Shown one piece after another: positions 1 through 13,339 of a DNA stretch of 64,000 bases. Under the pieces are notes generated by a model. That model searched no databases, was not told where the DNA came from, and saw only the letters and a list, made by a program, of their open reading frames with translations. The DNA comes from Malacoraja senta (lineage: Eukaryota), in NCBI GenBank assembly GCA_038087875.1, contig CM075994.1, positions 496,001 to 560,000 of the forward strand, read 5' to 3'. The position numbers and the translations under genes were made by a program. How positions within the stretch are numbered: position 1 is the first letter of the stretch; every line of letters begins with the position of its first letter.

Positions 1-571
1 CTCCGACTCCGAGACCGAGCATCCGCCATCTTGACATTGGTACAAAACAGGCACCAGGGACACAAGCAGCCTCAGCTCAAAAAGCGATCTCAGAGACAGT
101 CACAGTCCGAAAAAGCAACGGAAGCAATTCTCTCCAGCTGAGTAAGGAAATCCCCACGATTAAATCCACAGCCGCGAGCAGCTCTTGGGAGGCTTTTCAC
201 AGCCTTTCCGAGCCTCCGGAAACTACCGGAAGCGAAAAGTACCTTCTCTTCATTAAACCCAGGCAGCCTGCTCTGGGCAACATGGTATGGGAGCAGAGAT
301 CCGGTGTTAGAAACGACCAAAAACATCACACACTTTTCTACGCCATGTCTCCAGGCACTCTTGGCAATCCGCCAGCCATAGCCGCTCCCATGGTGCCCCA
401 GAAGAACGCAGGAATACCTCACTAAATGGAGAAATCCTTTTAACAATGGAAAGTTTCTGCAGTCCGACATCAACTTTGATATCCCACTGCCTCTGTCCCT
501 CTTCCTTTGACAAAAAACCTTGAAAGGTTGCTACGAAACTTTTCAGCTGTCGGATCAGAGAGAGTCACCAC

Positions 572-1545
572 CTCTCTCTCTCTCTCTCTTTTTTTCCATT
601 CTAAGGACTTTATTCAGCAATTGCATAATACAGCACACCAAACATACATAAACATTCAATGGTTACAATACATCAAACAGTCATTATAATACAATGGTGC
701 AATCAGTATTAACAATGCTATCGAACCCCTGTGGCGACCAGCGTTCACAGAAGGCCTCCAGAGTCCCCGTGGACACCGCGTGTTCCCTCTCCAGGGACGT
801 AGGCCTGGAAGACCTCTCTCTCCCTCTCTTTCTCTCTCTCTCTTTTTCCATTCCAAGGACTTTATTCAGCAATTGCATATTACAACTTACCAAACGTACA
901 TAAACGTTCACTGTTTACAATAAATCAAGCAGTCATTATAATACAATAGTGCAATCTTTATTTACAATGCTCTTACAATTACGGTGCTGGCTCGAAGGGC
1001 CGAATGGCCTACTCCTGCACCTATTGTCTATTGTCTATTGTCTAATGCTCTTGAACCCCCGCGGCAACCTGCGTTCACGGAAGGCCTCCAGAGTCCCCGT
1101 GGACACCGCGTGTTCCCTCTCCAGGGACACGCGAGCACGGACACAGGCCCGGAAGAGGGGCAGGCAGCCGACTCTGTTGTGACCATCGACAGCCCGCTGC
1201 CTGGACCCGCGAACGGCCATCTTGGCCAGGCCCAGGAGCAAACCAACAGAGAGATCCCTCCCCCCGATCGGCTCTCCCCACTCCCTGCCTTGTGCCCAAA
1301 CACCAGGATCGTGGGACTGAAATGCAACCAGAACCTGAGGAGCAACCTCTTCAGATATTGGTACAGGGGCAGCAACCTCACACACTCCATATACACGTGG
1401 AACACGGTCTCTACCTCGCCACAGAAAATACAGGCCGGTGAGCCCGTGAACCGACTCAAACGTTTATTAAAACGCCACGGCTCTGTGCAACAATCTCCAC
1501 CCCAACACTCCCCACTCTTTGTTCTTACTGTCCTCTGAGCAATTT
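572..1545 (-). mobile_element. Two stacked 5'-truncated Tx1 3' ends (about 1545-815 and 812-572), each ending AATAAA..GGAAAAA(GA)n
   Basis: C-terminal zinc finger CIFCGEVETVFHVYMEC and LLLGLAKMAV typical of Tx1/L1 ORF2. The 3'UTR is repeated twice, each time followed by a GA tract. Confidence 0.8.
975..1043 (+). mobile_element. Very short CR1 3'-tail insertion in Tx1, 9-bp TSD
   Basis: CR1 terminal sequence GAAGGGCCGAATGGCCTACTCCTGCACC plus (TATTGTC)n, flanked by AATGCTCTT at 966-974 and 1044-1052. Confidence 0.75.
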
Positions 1546-4500
1546 GATCCTTGTTTTTTTGGGAAGTAGGTCAGTCCTTCTGTTCTGCTTCTTGTTTTGC
1601 AGTTCCTCATTTTGTTTCTTGCCTTCTGAACTATTTCTCACTGTCTCGCATGCTCGCAGACACACACGCGCACACACACACACACGGTTTACACCTTTGC
1701 CCTGTGTTTATATCGTCTAACCAGCAATTTCATCCATGAGTCAGTGGATATATTTAAGGTAGAGATAGGCAGATTCTTGATTTGTACGGGTGTCAGGGGT
1801 TATGGGGAAATAGGATCAGGAGGGAGAATTAGATCAGCCATGATTGAGTGGCGGAATGAACTTGATGGGCCGAATGGCCTCGTTCTACTCCTATCACATG
1901 AGCTTATGATCCCCGTTTTTTGGGGAAGTAGGGTTGATGGGTCAGTACTTACCAGTTCTGTTTCGTTGTGCTGTTCCTGATTTTCATTTAGTTTTTTGCA
2001 GACCAACTATTTCTTAAATAAGCCACTTAAGCTATTTCCTCAACTAATTGTGCAGTGTTCTGTCACATGCTCCTCTTGATTCAGTGACGTGCACAGTATT
2101 TATGGATTGTCAATGCCTTCTTTGTTCTCTATCTCGTAAACTGTGTTCTGGCCTTATGTTGCCAGTTCAGTTCAGTTACAAATACAGCATGGAGACAGGC
2201 CATTTGGCCCACTGAGACCAACCAAGGGTGAGTGGGCAGATGCACGGCAGATGCATGGCAGATGAGGTGTAATGTGGATGAATGTGAGGTTATCTACATT
2301 GGTGGCAAGAACAGGAAGGCAGATTATTATCTGAATGGTGTCAGATTAGGAAAAGGGGAGGTGCAATGAGACCTGGGTGTGCTTGTACATCAGTCACTGA
2401 AAGTAAGCAGGTAGACAAAAATGCTGGAGAAACTCAGCGGGTGCAGCAGCATCTATGGAGCGAAGGAAATAGGCAACGTTTCGGGCCGAAACCCTTCTTC
2501 AGACTGATGCATGCAGGTGGGGTGGGAGATTGCAACCTTCACGTGGTCCGCCCTGTTTCGACAAATGCAATCAACCTGGCGTGCACAATCAAATAAGATC
2601 AAATAGAACAAGTTGTCCTACAACTTTAGGCTGTGCACGCCATCCGCAACAAGAAGCATGCAGATGCAGCAGGCAGTGAAGTAAGCCAATGGCATGTGGG
2701 CCTTCATTGCGAGAGAATTTGAGTTTAGGAGCAAGGAAGTCCTACTGCAGTTGTACAGGGCCCTGGTGAGACCACACCTGGAGTATTATGTGCAATTTTG
2801 TTCTCCTAATTTGAGGAAAGACATTATTGCTATTGAGGGAGTGCAGTGTAGGTTCATCAGGTTAATTCCTGGGATGGCAGGACTGACATATGATGAAAGA
2901 ATGGGTCGATTGGGCTTGTATTCTCTGGAATTTAGAAGGATGAGAGGGCATCTTATAGAAACATATACAATTCTTAAAGGATTGGACAGGCGAGATGCAG
3001 GAAAAATGTTTAAGAAGCAACTGCAGATGCTGGAAAATCAAAGGTAGACAAAAATGCTGGAGAAACTCAGAGGATGAGGCAGCATCTATGGAGCGAAGGA
3101 AATAGGCAACGTTTCGGGTCGAAACCCTTCTTCAGACTGATGTGAGGGTGGGTGGGGGGGGGGGGGGGGGGGGTGAGGGTCGGGAAGAAGAAAGGAAGAA
3201 GTGGAGCCAGTGGCCTGAGGGAGAGCCGAGAAGGGGGGAGAAAAGTAGGGACTACCTGAAATTAGAGTAGTCAATGTTCATACCGCTGGGGTGAAAACTG
3301 TCCAAGCAAAATTTGAGGTGCTGCTCCTCCAATTATGGTGGTCCTCCCTCTGGCCATGGAGGAGGCCCAGGATGTTTCCCATGATGGGGGAGTCCAGAAC
3401 TAGTGGTCACAGTTTAAGATATGGGGCAGGTCATCTAGTACTGAGAGGAGGTAAATCTTTTTCACCCAGAGGATTGTGAATCTGTGGAATTCTCTGCCAC
3501 AGAAGGCTGTGAAGGCCAATTCACTGGATGTTTTCAAGAGAGAGTTGGATTTAGCACTTAGGGCTGAAGGAATCAAGGGATATGGGGAGAAAGCAGGAAC
3601 GGAGAACTGATTTTAAATGATTAACCATGATCATATTGAATGGCAGTGCTGGCTCGAAAGGCCAAATTACTTATTCCTGCACCTATTTTTCTATGTTTCT
3701 ATCCATCCATCACCCATTCACACACTAGTTCTGTGTTATTCCACCCTACACACCAGGGGCAATTTACAGAGGGCCAATTAACCTACAAACCCGCACGTCT
3801 TTGGGATGAGGGAGGAAACTGGAGCACCCGGAGGAAATCAACGGTCTCAGGTGGGACATGCTAACTCCACACAAACAGCACCCAGGGTCAGGATTGAACC
3901 CGGGTCTCTGGCGCTGTAAGGTAGCAGCTCTACCTGTCACAGCAAGAGATGCATAGCAAGGAAACCTGTGATGATAGACACAAAATGGCTGAAGTAACTC
4001 AGCGGGACAGGAATGTGTGATGTTTCGTTTTGAGACTCCTCTTCACACTGAGAGTCAGGGGAGAGGGAGACACAGGGATAAGGAAGGGTAAGGTGTGAAA
4101 ACGAGACAACAAAGTAGATGTGGATCAAGGAAAATGTTCAAGAGATCATTGTTAGCTGGGAGAAGGTGACAACAAAGCAGATAAAATGTAATCTGGGGTA
4201 CAGTCAGACTGGTCGGAGAACTGGGAAGGGGGAGGGATGGAGGGGGAGGGAAAGCAAGGGTTACTTGAAGTTAGTGAAGTTCATATTCATAATGGTGGGG
4301 TGTAAGCTGCCCAAGCAAAATATGAGTGAAAAACCTCTGGTGCAGTTCAGTTTAGTATATTGTCACATGTATCGAGGTACAGTGAAAAGCTTTATCGATC
4401 TTGCTGACCAAGGTGCCCCAACTGAGCACTTTACTTTCTCAGCATCTTCCTGGCAGATTTAATGCATTCTTTCTGTTTATTCCAGCCCAACCATCTGTAT

Positions 4501-5265
4501 TAAGACCCTTCCATTTTAACCATAATTCTACCCAGTGCATTGTGCATGGTTCTACCTCTTTTTTACAAACTATCTTTACAAACAATCATGCTTCGTTCTT
4601 CATCTTATATCATTTTATTAGGCATTCCATTTAAACAACTTTTAAACATGGCCCCTGTACAGGAACGATATTCAAACTAATACACATCAGAAACGCTTCA
4701 AAATAAGTTCATATATTTTAAGACATTCCACTGTTTCTTTAAGCTGTCTATTTGAACATTCTTTAATCGGATTTTTATCAGATTCCAATGTTATATGAAT
4801 GCTTTATTGTAACATGTGACAAGTCAGTGAAATTCTTTGCTTGCATACCCAAGGTATGCGAATAGTCGCCACATTAAGAGCGCTGACAAAGTATCCGCGC
4901 CAGGTTCACCTTTGTTCTCCCCCCCCTCCCTCCTCCCTCATGGCAGTCCCCCCCACGCCGGGTCCACTATGTACAGATTTGTACAAACATCTTTGTACAA
5001 AAGTTACATCCCTTATCTTTTACCTTGCACTGTGGGTAGCTTGATACATTCCAAGATGGCGCGCAACCCAGGCGACTTTGGCATGCTGGCCACAGAAGCA
5101 GTTCTATAATCACATATTATATGCACTAAAACGTATTCCATTATCATGTATCCATACTCTGTAATGGCTCGATTGTAATCATGTATTGTCTTTCTGCTGA
5201 CTGGATACCACACAACAAAGGGTTTTTACTCTATCATACTTAAGGTGACAGTAATAATGGTTAAT

Positions 5266-5925
5266 GTTAATGCTGGACTTTAGGAGGAGCCAAACACCCC
5301 TGTCCCCTGCCTCCATCAATGGTGTGGATGTGCAGTTTCCGAGGGAGTACAAATACCTTGGAGTTCACCTGGACAGTAAACTGGACTGGTCCAGGAACGC
5401 TGAGGCCCTGTACAAGAAGGGGCAGAGCCAGCTGTAGTTTTTGAGAAGGCTCCGCTCCTTCATCGTCTGCAGTAAGATGCTGCAGATGTTCTACCAATCG
5501 GTTGTGGCCAGTGCCATCTTCTTCGCTGCTGTGTGCTGGGGCAGCAGGGCGAAGGCCACGGACGCCAATAGGATCAACAAACTCATCAGGAAGGCTGGCT
5601 CCGTACTGAAAAGTATTCAAGGGAGGTTGGTCTTGGAGGGGAGGATGCTCCTCAAACTGCGGAGCATCCTGAACAATGCAGCTCACCCCCTCCATGACAC
5701 ACTGGTCAACCTGAGGAGCACCTTCACCACCAGACTGGTTCCACCAAGATGCAGCACAGAACGCCACAGGAGATCCTTCTTCCCCCTGGCTATCAAACTG
5801 TACAACTCCTCCCCTTTCTGTCCTGGGGTAGACTGACTCTCCTTTTATTTCTCTGTTTTTACGTCTGTTGGCAGATCAATTCCCCTTCTGGGATAAATAA
5901 ATTTGTATCGTATTGTAATGTAATA
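5266..5925 (+). mobile_element. Rex1/Babar-like LINE 3' fragment
   Basis: YKYLGVHLD, FYQSVVASAIFF, HPLH, RSFFPLAIKLYN. Confidence 0.75.
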
Positions 5926-6328
5926 GACTAAACTAAACTTTCATCGGGCACTGCAGACAACAAGGATCTTGTCACCAGCCACATCGGCTGCAACTAATTG
6001 ATCAAACCATTTCTGCTTGGGGGTTGCATCACAGTTCACTGGAGTGTGTACTGACCAGAGGCCCTTTCTCAGAATTGGAAAGAGGTTCTGATCATTCTAG
6101 TTGCCACATCCTCCTCTGCGAATGGGGAAGTGTTCCTGTCACTAGATCCATTACACCAAAGTTTCTCAAACAAAATATGCCATGCTGTTCCTTCAATTTG
6201 CGTTTGGCCTCGCTCTGACAATGGATTTCTCAAATTTCATGTAACCCCAGCATTCCCTCTCTCTCTATCCCTCCCCCAGCCAAGTCGCACTAGCTTCCTG
6301 TTGTCACCAAGCAAACACCAAACAATGG

Positions 6329-6528
6329 NNNNNNNNNNNNNNNNNNNNNNNNNNNNNNNNNNNNNNNNNNNNNNNNNNNNNNNNNNNNNNNNNNNNNNNN
6401 NNNNNNNNNNNNNNNNNNNNNNNNNNNNNNNNNNNNNNNNNNNNNNNNNNNNNNNNNNNNNNNNNNNNNNNNNNNNNNNNNNNNNNNNNNNNNNNNNNNN
6501 NNNNNNNNNNNNNNNNNNNNNNNNNNNN
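6329..6528. other. Assembly gap (200 N)
   Basis: Run of exactly 200 N. Confidence 1.
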
Positions 6529-9500
6529 AACATCAAGCAGCAGGTTCCTCAAGGCTTCCTTCCTCTCCTGATACTCTCCCCACTCACAGGAGTCCTCACC
6601 AATCTGACCCAGGCGAGACTCTGCGTCGAGTACCTCCCTCTCGAGCCTCTCGACCGCCGAGTCCCGCCTTCCGGTCGATCCCCATGTGTATTCCTGACAA
6701 AAGAGACGGATGTAAACCTTTCCACATCCAGCACTGCCTAAGGGAAGGGAAGCTCCTCTGCCTCTCTCTCCACTTCACCCAAAACCGACTGAATGACTCC
6801 CGAAAACGACGATTCTCCAGCAGCCTGTTGTTAAAGTGCCAGTACACGGACCCAGCCCGTGCGCGCGTTGGAATAAAGTCCACTCGCACCAGACAGTGGT
6901 CCGAGCATGGCACCAGCTGCATTGAGGCCGCCCAGACAAGGGAGACATATGCACCAGAGATGTACATGCGATCGATATGGGATCACCCCCCTCAGACCTC
7001 CGCGAAAAAGCATTGGAATCAGGGTGGAGATTCCGCCACACATCAACCAACTCAAAGGAATCAATCAAACCTCACAACTTCTTCGCTGCAGCAGGGGCAC
7101 ACTGAGTACCAGAGCGATCTCGCACCTCAAGTGTGTAATTGAAATCCCCCCCAAGGAAGACACACTCTCCGCTATCAATAGTGTTCAACAGAGCAGTCAC
7201 CTCCTGAAGTAGGCACACCTGAATCGTGCCGGTGCTGGGGCCGTGCACGTTAATGCAATGTAACGGGCCTGCTATCCAGGCTCACGGCCAGATAGAACAA
7301 ACGACCTGGCACAACTTCCTGCACCTTCAGGATCTCTGGCTGAAAAGTCGGGGCCAACAGGAAAGCCACCCAACTCGAATTCGTGCTGAGGTGGCTCATG
7401 TAGACTCCCCCTTCCCACTCCAGTCGCCTGGTGGGTTCATCACTGACAACGGTATGCGTCTCTTGCAGAAAACTCACTGCATATTTCCCCTCTCTGAGGA
7501 CTGATAGATGATGAAATTTACAAAAGTCCCCCCTTCACCACTTATGTTGAGGCTGGCAACTGCGAATGTTGAAAACACACAAGAGTTTTTTCCTCACACT
7601 CCTCGTGGGAGCGGGACCCTCTCTCTTAGGAACTTCAAAAAGTACCCAAACTGACGCTTCTCAGACTCGGAAGACCACTATCTTTACTGCCAAGGATAAT
7701 ATCAAGTGTCTTAATAAATCCCGGTAGATCCGTCCAACTTCTCACAGCTGACTCGATTTTTATCTTGGGGCACTTATATATTTTCAGAAAGTCCCGAATC
7801 TCGCAAATAACGGCCCCTGGAGACATAGCACCGGAATCCGGACAATTTATCAAACCGCTGACACCTGGAGCACCATCCTGACCTGTACTGCGCTCTAGGT
7901 CATCGTCTGAGTTCGGATGACTGCAGCTAGCTGTCAGCTCGCCCACCCCACTGCACAAGTTGGCTGCATCACTCTCCCCCTCCTCCGACATGAAAACACC
8001 CCCGAGATGAATGTCGAGGAGGGTCCCGATACCCCAGACAGCAATGAGCTGTCCGGTGAAAGGCCAGGCTCCTGCACTCTCCCACCACCTCCTACGTCTG
8101 GGCCTGGGGAAGAAAAAACAAGGGACGTCCCCAGGGCCTGCGGTACGTAGGCACCCCCGGAATCCGAATGAGGGTCACGACCCGAAACAGCCCCGACCCC
8201 CACCGCACCCAGAGTACCCGCTCCACCGGCAACACCCAGAGAGTCGCTACCTCCACCACCAGGGGAGTAACCTCACTCGGGCGCACTGAAAGAGCCGGTG
8301 TTTCTGAAGGCTCCCCTACTACTCAGCCGGTGGGGCAGCAGACCCCACAGCAACCCTAGTCTAGGCTCTAATAAGGAGCACTGACTGGAAAACCGCCCCA
8401 ACTCCCGAGACTCCTCTTCAAGTTGTCTCTGCTCATCCTCCATCCCAGGGGACACATTTCCAGGGGAGCCAACCCCAATAACCAGTGAGATAACACCCTC
8501 AGATGGTCGCTCAGATGAGGGGACAACCTCCAGCCCAGAGGACACACTCCCAGGGGAGCTAACCCCAATAACTAGTACGGTAACACCCTCAGAATGTCCC
8601 TGAAACAAAGGGCCAACCACCGGCCCAGAGGACACTAGTCCTCAAGAGGGGTGGAAGGTCTCGATGTAGGCTGCCCCCTTACTTTGGGCCCACGACCTTC
8701 CTCTCCCTCACCAGGCCCATGCCTTCTTTTAGTCCCGCTGGCATGCGACGGTACGGTGACCTCCATAAAGGAAGGGTCCTCCATTTCCACACTACCAGCT
8801 ACCTCTTTTCGGCCCCCTCGTTCAGCATCCCCTGCCCCCTTCTGAACCTCATCAGCTCCTCGCTGAGTCTCACCAGGTACCTCTTGGAACTCTCTGGGGC
8901 CAACAGGCACCCCTTGGGTGGACTCAGGTCTGGGTAAGGGCCCATCCACTTGCGATTGACTCGGTAGGAGATGCTTTTTCTTCCTCTTGGACTTCTTCTT
9001 CCTCTGCACCATCCATTCCCTCTCCCCCCCTCACCATTCCCATGCGCCTTGCCGTCAGCCACCGCCAGAGGTTCAGCACATATGGGGCGGATGCAGTAAT
9101 GCTCTGGGCCGCCGAGGTGGAGCTGGAAGCCCCAATGGGTCAGCAGTGCATTCCTGGGTTGCTTTGTTGGGATTTCTCGCGGCAGCCCGACCATTGGGAC
9201 AATCCCTGCGGAAGTGTCAAAACTCCTTGCACGCATGACACCGTGCCTCTCCCCAACTCCAACGCACGCGGAAGGGGGCACATTAATGCTCCACGACGAA
9301 GCTCCCTTCCTCACCCGACCCCATTCCCACCTTCATGAACACCCGCCACTTGAAACTCAGAATCCCTTTAAGACACAGGTCACTCCAGGGCTGCAGAAGC
9401 TTAGTCAACCTAGACCGCACCACCCCAATCTTTGCCAGGTGTGGATGAAGGAGCGCATCCCGGATGAAAGTGGGAATGCCGCGCAAGAGAACCGGTCTCA

Positions 9501-10352
9501 CGGTGGACACAAACGGTTCCACTGGTACAAAGATCCCCCCCACTATGAGCCCCTTCTCTGGAGCTTAGGCCACTTCATCCTGAGACTTTAATATAATCAC
9601 ACACTTTCCCCCTGCAACCTCGGCAGAAGCAACCACATCCTTCTTGAAAAGATCATGCAGACCCTTTGTTATTGCATCCGTGATCCACCGGTACCCGGTT
9701 TGGACCGAGATCCCATGTTCGGCCCAATCCAAGTCAACATAAGGCTCATCCTCGATTGATCTCGAAGCCGCAGCTGTGTAACTCCGACTCCGAGACCGAG
9801 CATCCGCCATCTTGACATTGGTACAAAACAGGCACCAGGGACACAAGCAGCCTCAGCTCAAAAAGCGATCTCAGAGACAGTCACAGTCCGAAAAAGCAAC
9901 GGAAGCAATTATCTCCAGCTGAGTAAGGAAAATCCCCACGATTAAATCCACAGCCGCGAGCAGCTCTTGGGAGGCTTTTCACAGCCTTTCCGAGCCTCCG
10001 GAAACTACCGGAAGCGAAAAGTACCTTCTCTTCATTAAACCCAGGCAGCCTGCTCTGGGCAACATGGTATGGGAGCAGAGATCCGGTGTTAGAAACGACC
10101 AAAAACATCGCACACTTTTCTACGCCATGTCTCCAGGCACTCTTGGCAATCTGCCAGCCATAGCCGCTCCCATGGTGCCCCAGAAGAACGCAGGAATACC
10201 TCACTAAATGGAGAAATCCTTTAACAATAGAAGGTTTCTGCAGTCCGACATCAACTTTGATATCCCACTGCCTCTGTCCCTCTTCCTTTGACAAAAAACC
10301 TTGAAAGGTTGCTACGAAACTTCTCAGCTGTCGGATCAGAGAGAGTCACCAC
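6529..10352 (-). mobile_element. Degenerate Tx1-clade non-LTR retrotransposon, 5' part: 5'UTR, ORF1 (ATG 9810) and ORF2 APE endonuclease running into the gap
   Basis: ORF1 begins MADARSRSRSY and contains a CCHC knuckle CHACKEF*HFRRDC (9240-9199). ORF2 fragments show FLQETH, a GDFN-type motif, SDH and WHFNNRLL. Multiple stops and frameshifts. Confidence 0.85.
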
Positions 10353-11315
10353 CTCTCTCTCTTTTTTTCCATTCTAAGGACTTTATTCAGCAATTGCATA
10401 ATACAGCACACCAACATACGTAAACATTCAATGGTTACAATACATCAAACAGTCATTATAATACAATGGTGCAATCAGTATTATCGAACCCCTGTGGCGA
10501 CCAGCGTTCACAGAAGGCCTCCAGAGTCCCCGTGGACACCGCGTGTTCCCTCTCCAGGGACGTAGGCCTGGAAGACCTCTCTCTCCCTCTCTTTCTCTCT
10601 CTTTTTCCATTCCAAGGACTTTATTCAGCAATTGCATATTACAACTTACCAAACGTACATAAACGTTCACTGTTTACAATACATCAAGCAGTCATTATAA
10701 TACAATGGTGCAATCTTTATTTACAATGCTCTTACAATTACGGTGCTGGCTTGAAGGGCCGAATGGCCTACTCCTGCACCTGTTGTCTATTGTCTAATGT
10801 CTAATGCTCTTGAACCCCCGCGGCAACCTGCGTACACGGAAGGCCTCCAGAGTCCCCGTGGACACCGCGTGTTCCCTCTCCAGGGACACGCGAGCATGGA
10901 CACAGGCCCGGAAGAGGGGCAGGCAGCCGACTCTGTTGTGACCATCGACAGCCCGCTGCCTGGACCCGCGAACGGCCATCTTGGCCAGGCCCAGGAGCAA
11001 ACCAACAGAGAGATCCCTCCCCCCCGATCGGCCCTCCCCACTCCCCGCCTTGTGCCCAAACACCAGGATCGTGGGACTAAAATGCAACCAGAACCTGAGG
11101 AGCAACCTCTTCAGATATTGGTACAGGGGCAGCAACCTCACACACTCCATATACACGTGGAACACGGTCTCTACCTCGCCGCAGAAAATACAGGCGGCCG
11201 GTGAGCCCGTGAACCGACTCAAACGTTTATTAAACGCCACGGCTCTGTGCAACAATCTCCACCCCAACACTCCCCACTCTTTGTTCTTACTGTCCTCTGA
11301 GCAATTTGATCCTTG
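10353..11315 (-). mobile_element. Two stacked Tx1 3' ends (duplicate of 572-1545)
   Basis: ORF 10794-11444 contains WRLLHRAVAFNKRL..CIFCGEVETVFHVYMEC. Confidence 0.8.
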
Positions 11316-13339
11316 TTTTTTTGGGAAGTAGGTCAGTCCTTCTGTTCTGCTTCTTGTTTTGCAGTTCCTCATTTGTTTCTTGCCTTCTGAACTATTTCTC
11401 ACTGTCTCACACGCTCGCAGACACACACGCGCATACACACACACGGTTTACACTTTTGCCCTTTGTTTATATCGTCTAACTAGCAATTTCATCCATGAGT
11501 CAGTGGATATATTTAAGGTAGAGATAGGCAGATTCTTGATTTGTACGGGTGTCAGGGTTATGGGGAAATAGGATCAGGAGGGAGAAATAGATCAGCCATG
11601 ATTGAGTGGCGGAATGAACTTGATGGCCGAATGGCCTCGTTCTACTCCTATCACATGAGCTTATGATCCCGTTTTTTGGGGAAGTAGGGTTGATGGGTCA
11701 GTACTTACCAGTTCTGTTTCGTTGTGCTGTTCCTGATTTTCATTTAGTTTTTTGCAGACCAACTATTCTTAAATAAGCCACTTAAGCTATTTCCTCAACT
11801 AATTGTGCAGTGTTCTGTCACATGCTCCTCTTGATTCAGTGACGTGCACAGTATTTATGGATTGTCAATGCCTTCTTTGTTCTCTATCTCGTAAACTGTG
11901 TTCTGGCCTTATGTTGCCAGTTCAGTTCAGTTACAAATACAGCATGGAGACAGGCCATTTGGCCCACTGAGACCAACCAAGGGTGAGTGGGCAGATGCAC
12001 GGCAGATGCATGGCAGATGAGGTGTAATGTGGATGAATGTGAGGTTATCTACATTGGTGGCAAGAACAGGAAGGCAGATTATTATCTGAATGGTGTCAGA
12101 TTAGGAAAAGGGGAGGTGCAACGAGACCTGGGTGTGCTTGTACATCAGTCACTGAAAGTAAGCAGGTACACAAAAATGCTGGAGAAACTCAGCGGGTGCA
12201 GCAGCATCTATGGAGCGAAGGAAATAGGCAACGTTTCGGGCTGAAACCCTTCTTCAGACTGATGTATGCATGCAGGTGGGGTGGGAGATTGCAACCTTCA
12301 CCCTGTTTCGACAAATGCAATCAACCTGGTGTGCACAATCAAATAAGATCAAATAGAACAAGTTTTCCTACCACTTTAGGCTGTGTACGCCGTCCGCAAG
12401 AAGAAGCATGCAGATGTAGCAGGCAGTGAAGTAAGCCAATGGCATGTGGGCCTTCATTGCGAGAGAATTTGAGTTTAGGAGCAAGGAAGTCCTACTGCAG
12501 ATGAGGCAGCATCTACGGAGCGAAGGAAATAGCAACGTTTCGGGTCGAAACCCTTCTTCAGACTGATGTGAGGGTGGGTGGGGGGGGGGGGGGTGGGGAG
12601 GTTCGGGAAGAAGAAAGGAAGAAGTGGAGCCAGTGGCCTGAGGGAGAGCCGAGAAGGGGGGGAGAAAGTAGGGACTACCTGAAATTAGAGTAGTCAATGT
12701 TCATACCGCTGGGTTGCAAACTGTCCAAGCGAAATTTGAGGTGCTGCTCCTCCAATTTATGGTGGTCCTCCCTCTGGCCATGGAGGAGGCCCAGGATGTT
12801 TCCCATGTTGGGGGAGTCCAGAACTAGTGGTCACAGTTTAAGAATATGGGGCAGGTCATTTAGTACTGAGAGGAGGTAAATCTTTTTCACCCAGAGGATT
12901 GTGAATCTGTGGAATTCTCTGCCACAGAAGGCTGTGAAGGCCAATTCACTGGATGTTTTCAAGAGAGAGTTGGATTTAGCACTTAGGGCTAAAGGAATCA
13001 AGGATATGGGGAGAAAGCAGAAACTGATTTTAGATGATTAACCATGATCATATTGAATGGCGGTGCTGGCTTGAAAGGCCAAATGACTTATTCCTGCACC
13101 TATTTTTCTATGTTTCTATCCATCTATCACCCATTCACACACTAGTTCTATGTTATTCTACCCTACACACCAGGGGCAATTTACAGAGGGCCAATTAACC
13201 TACAAACCCGCAGATCTTCTGGATGAGGAGGAAACTGGAGCACCCCGGAGGAAATCAACGCGGTCTCAGGTGGGACGTGCTAACTCCACACAAACAGCAC
13301 CCAGGGTCAGGATTGAACCCGGGTCTCTGGCGCTGTAAG

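Larger units (their letters stand above)
1..6328. repeat. Copy A of a duplication matching 9782-17905 (tandem duplication or uncollapsed haplotype)
   Basis: Position 1 aligns with 9782 and 6328 with 17905. Collinear and highly similar apart from indels and insertions. Confidence 0.93.
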
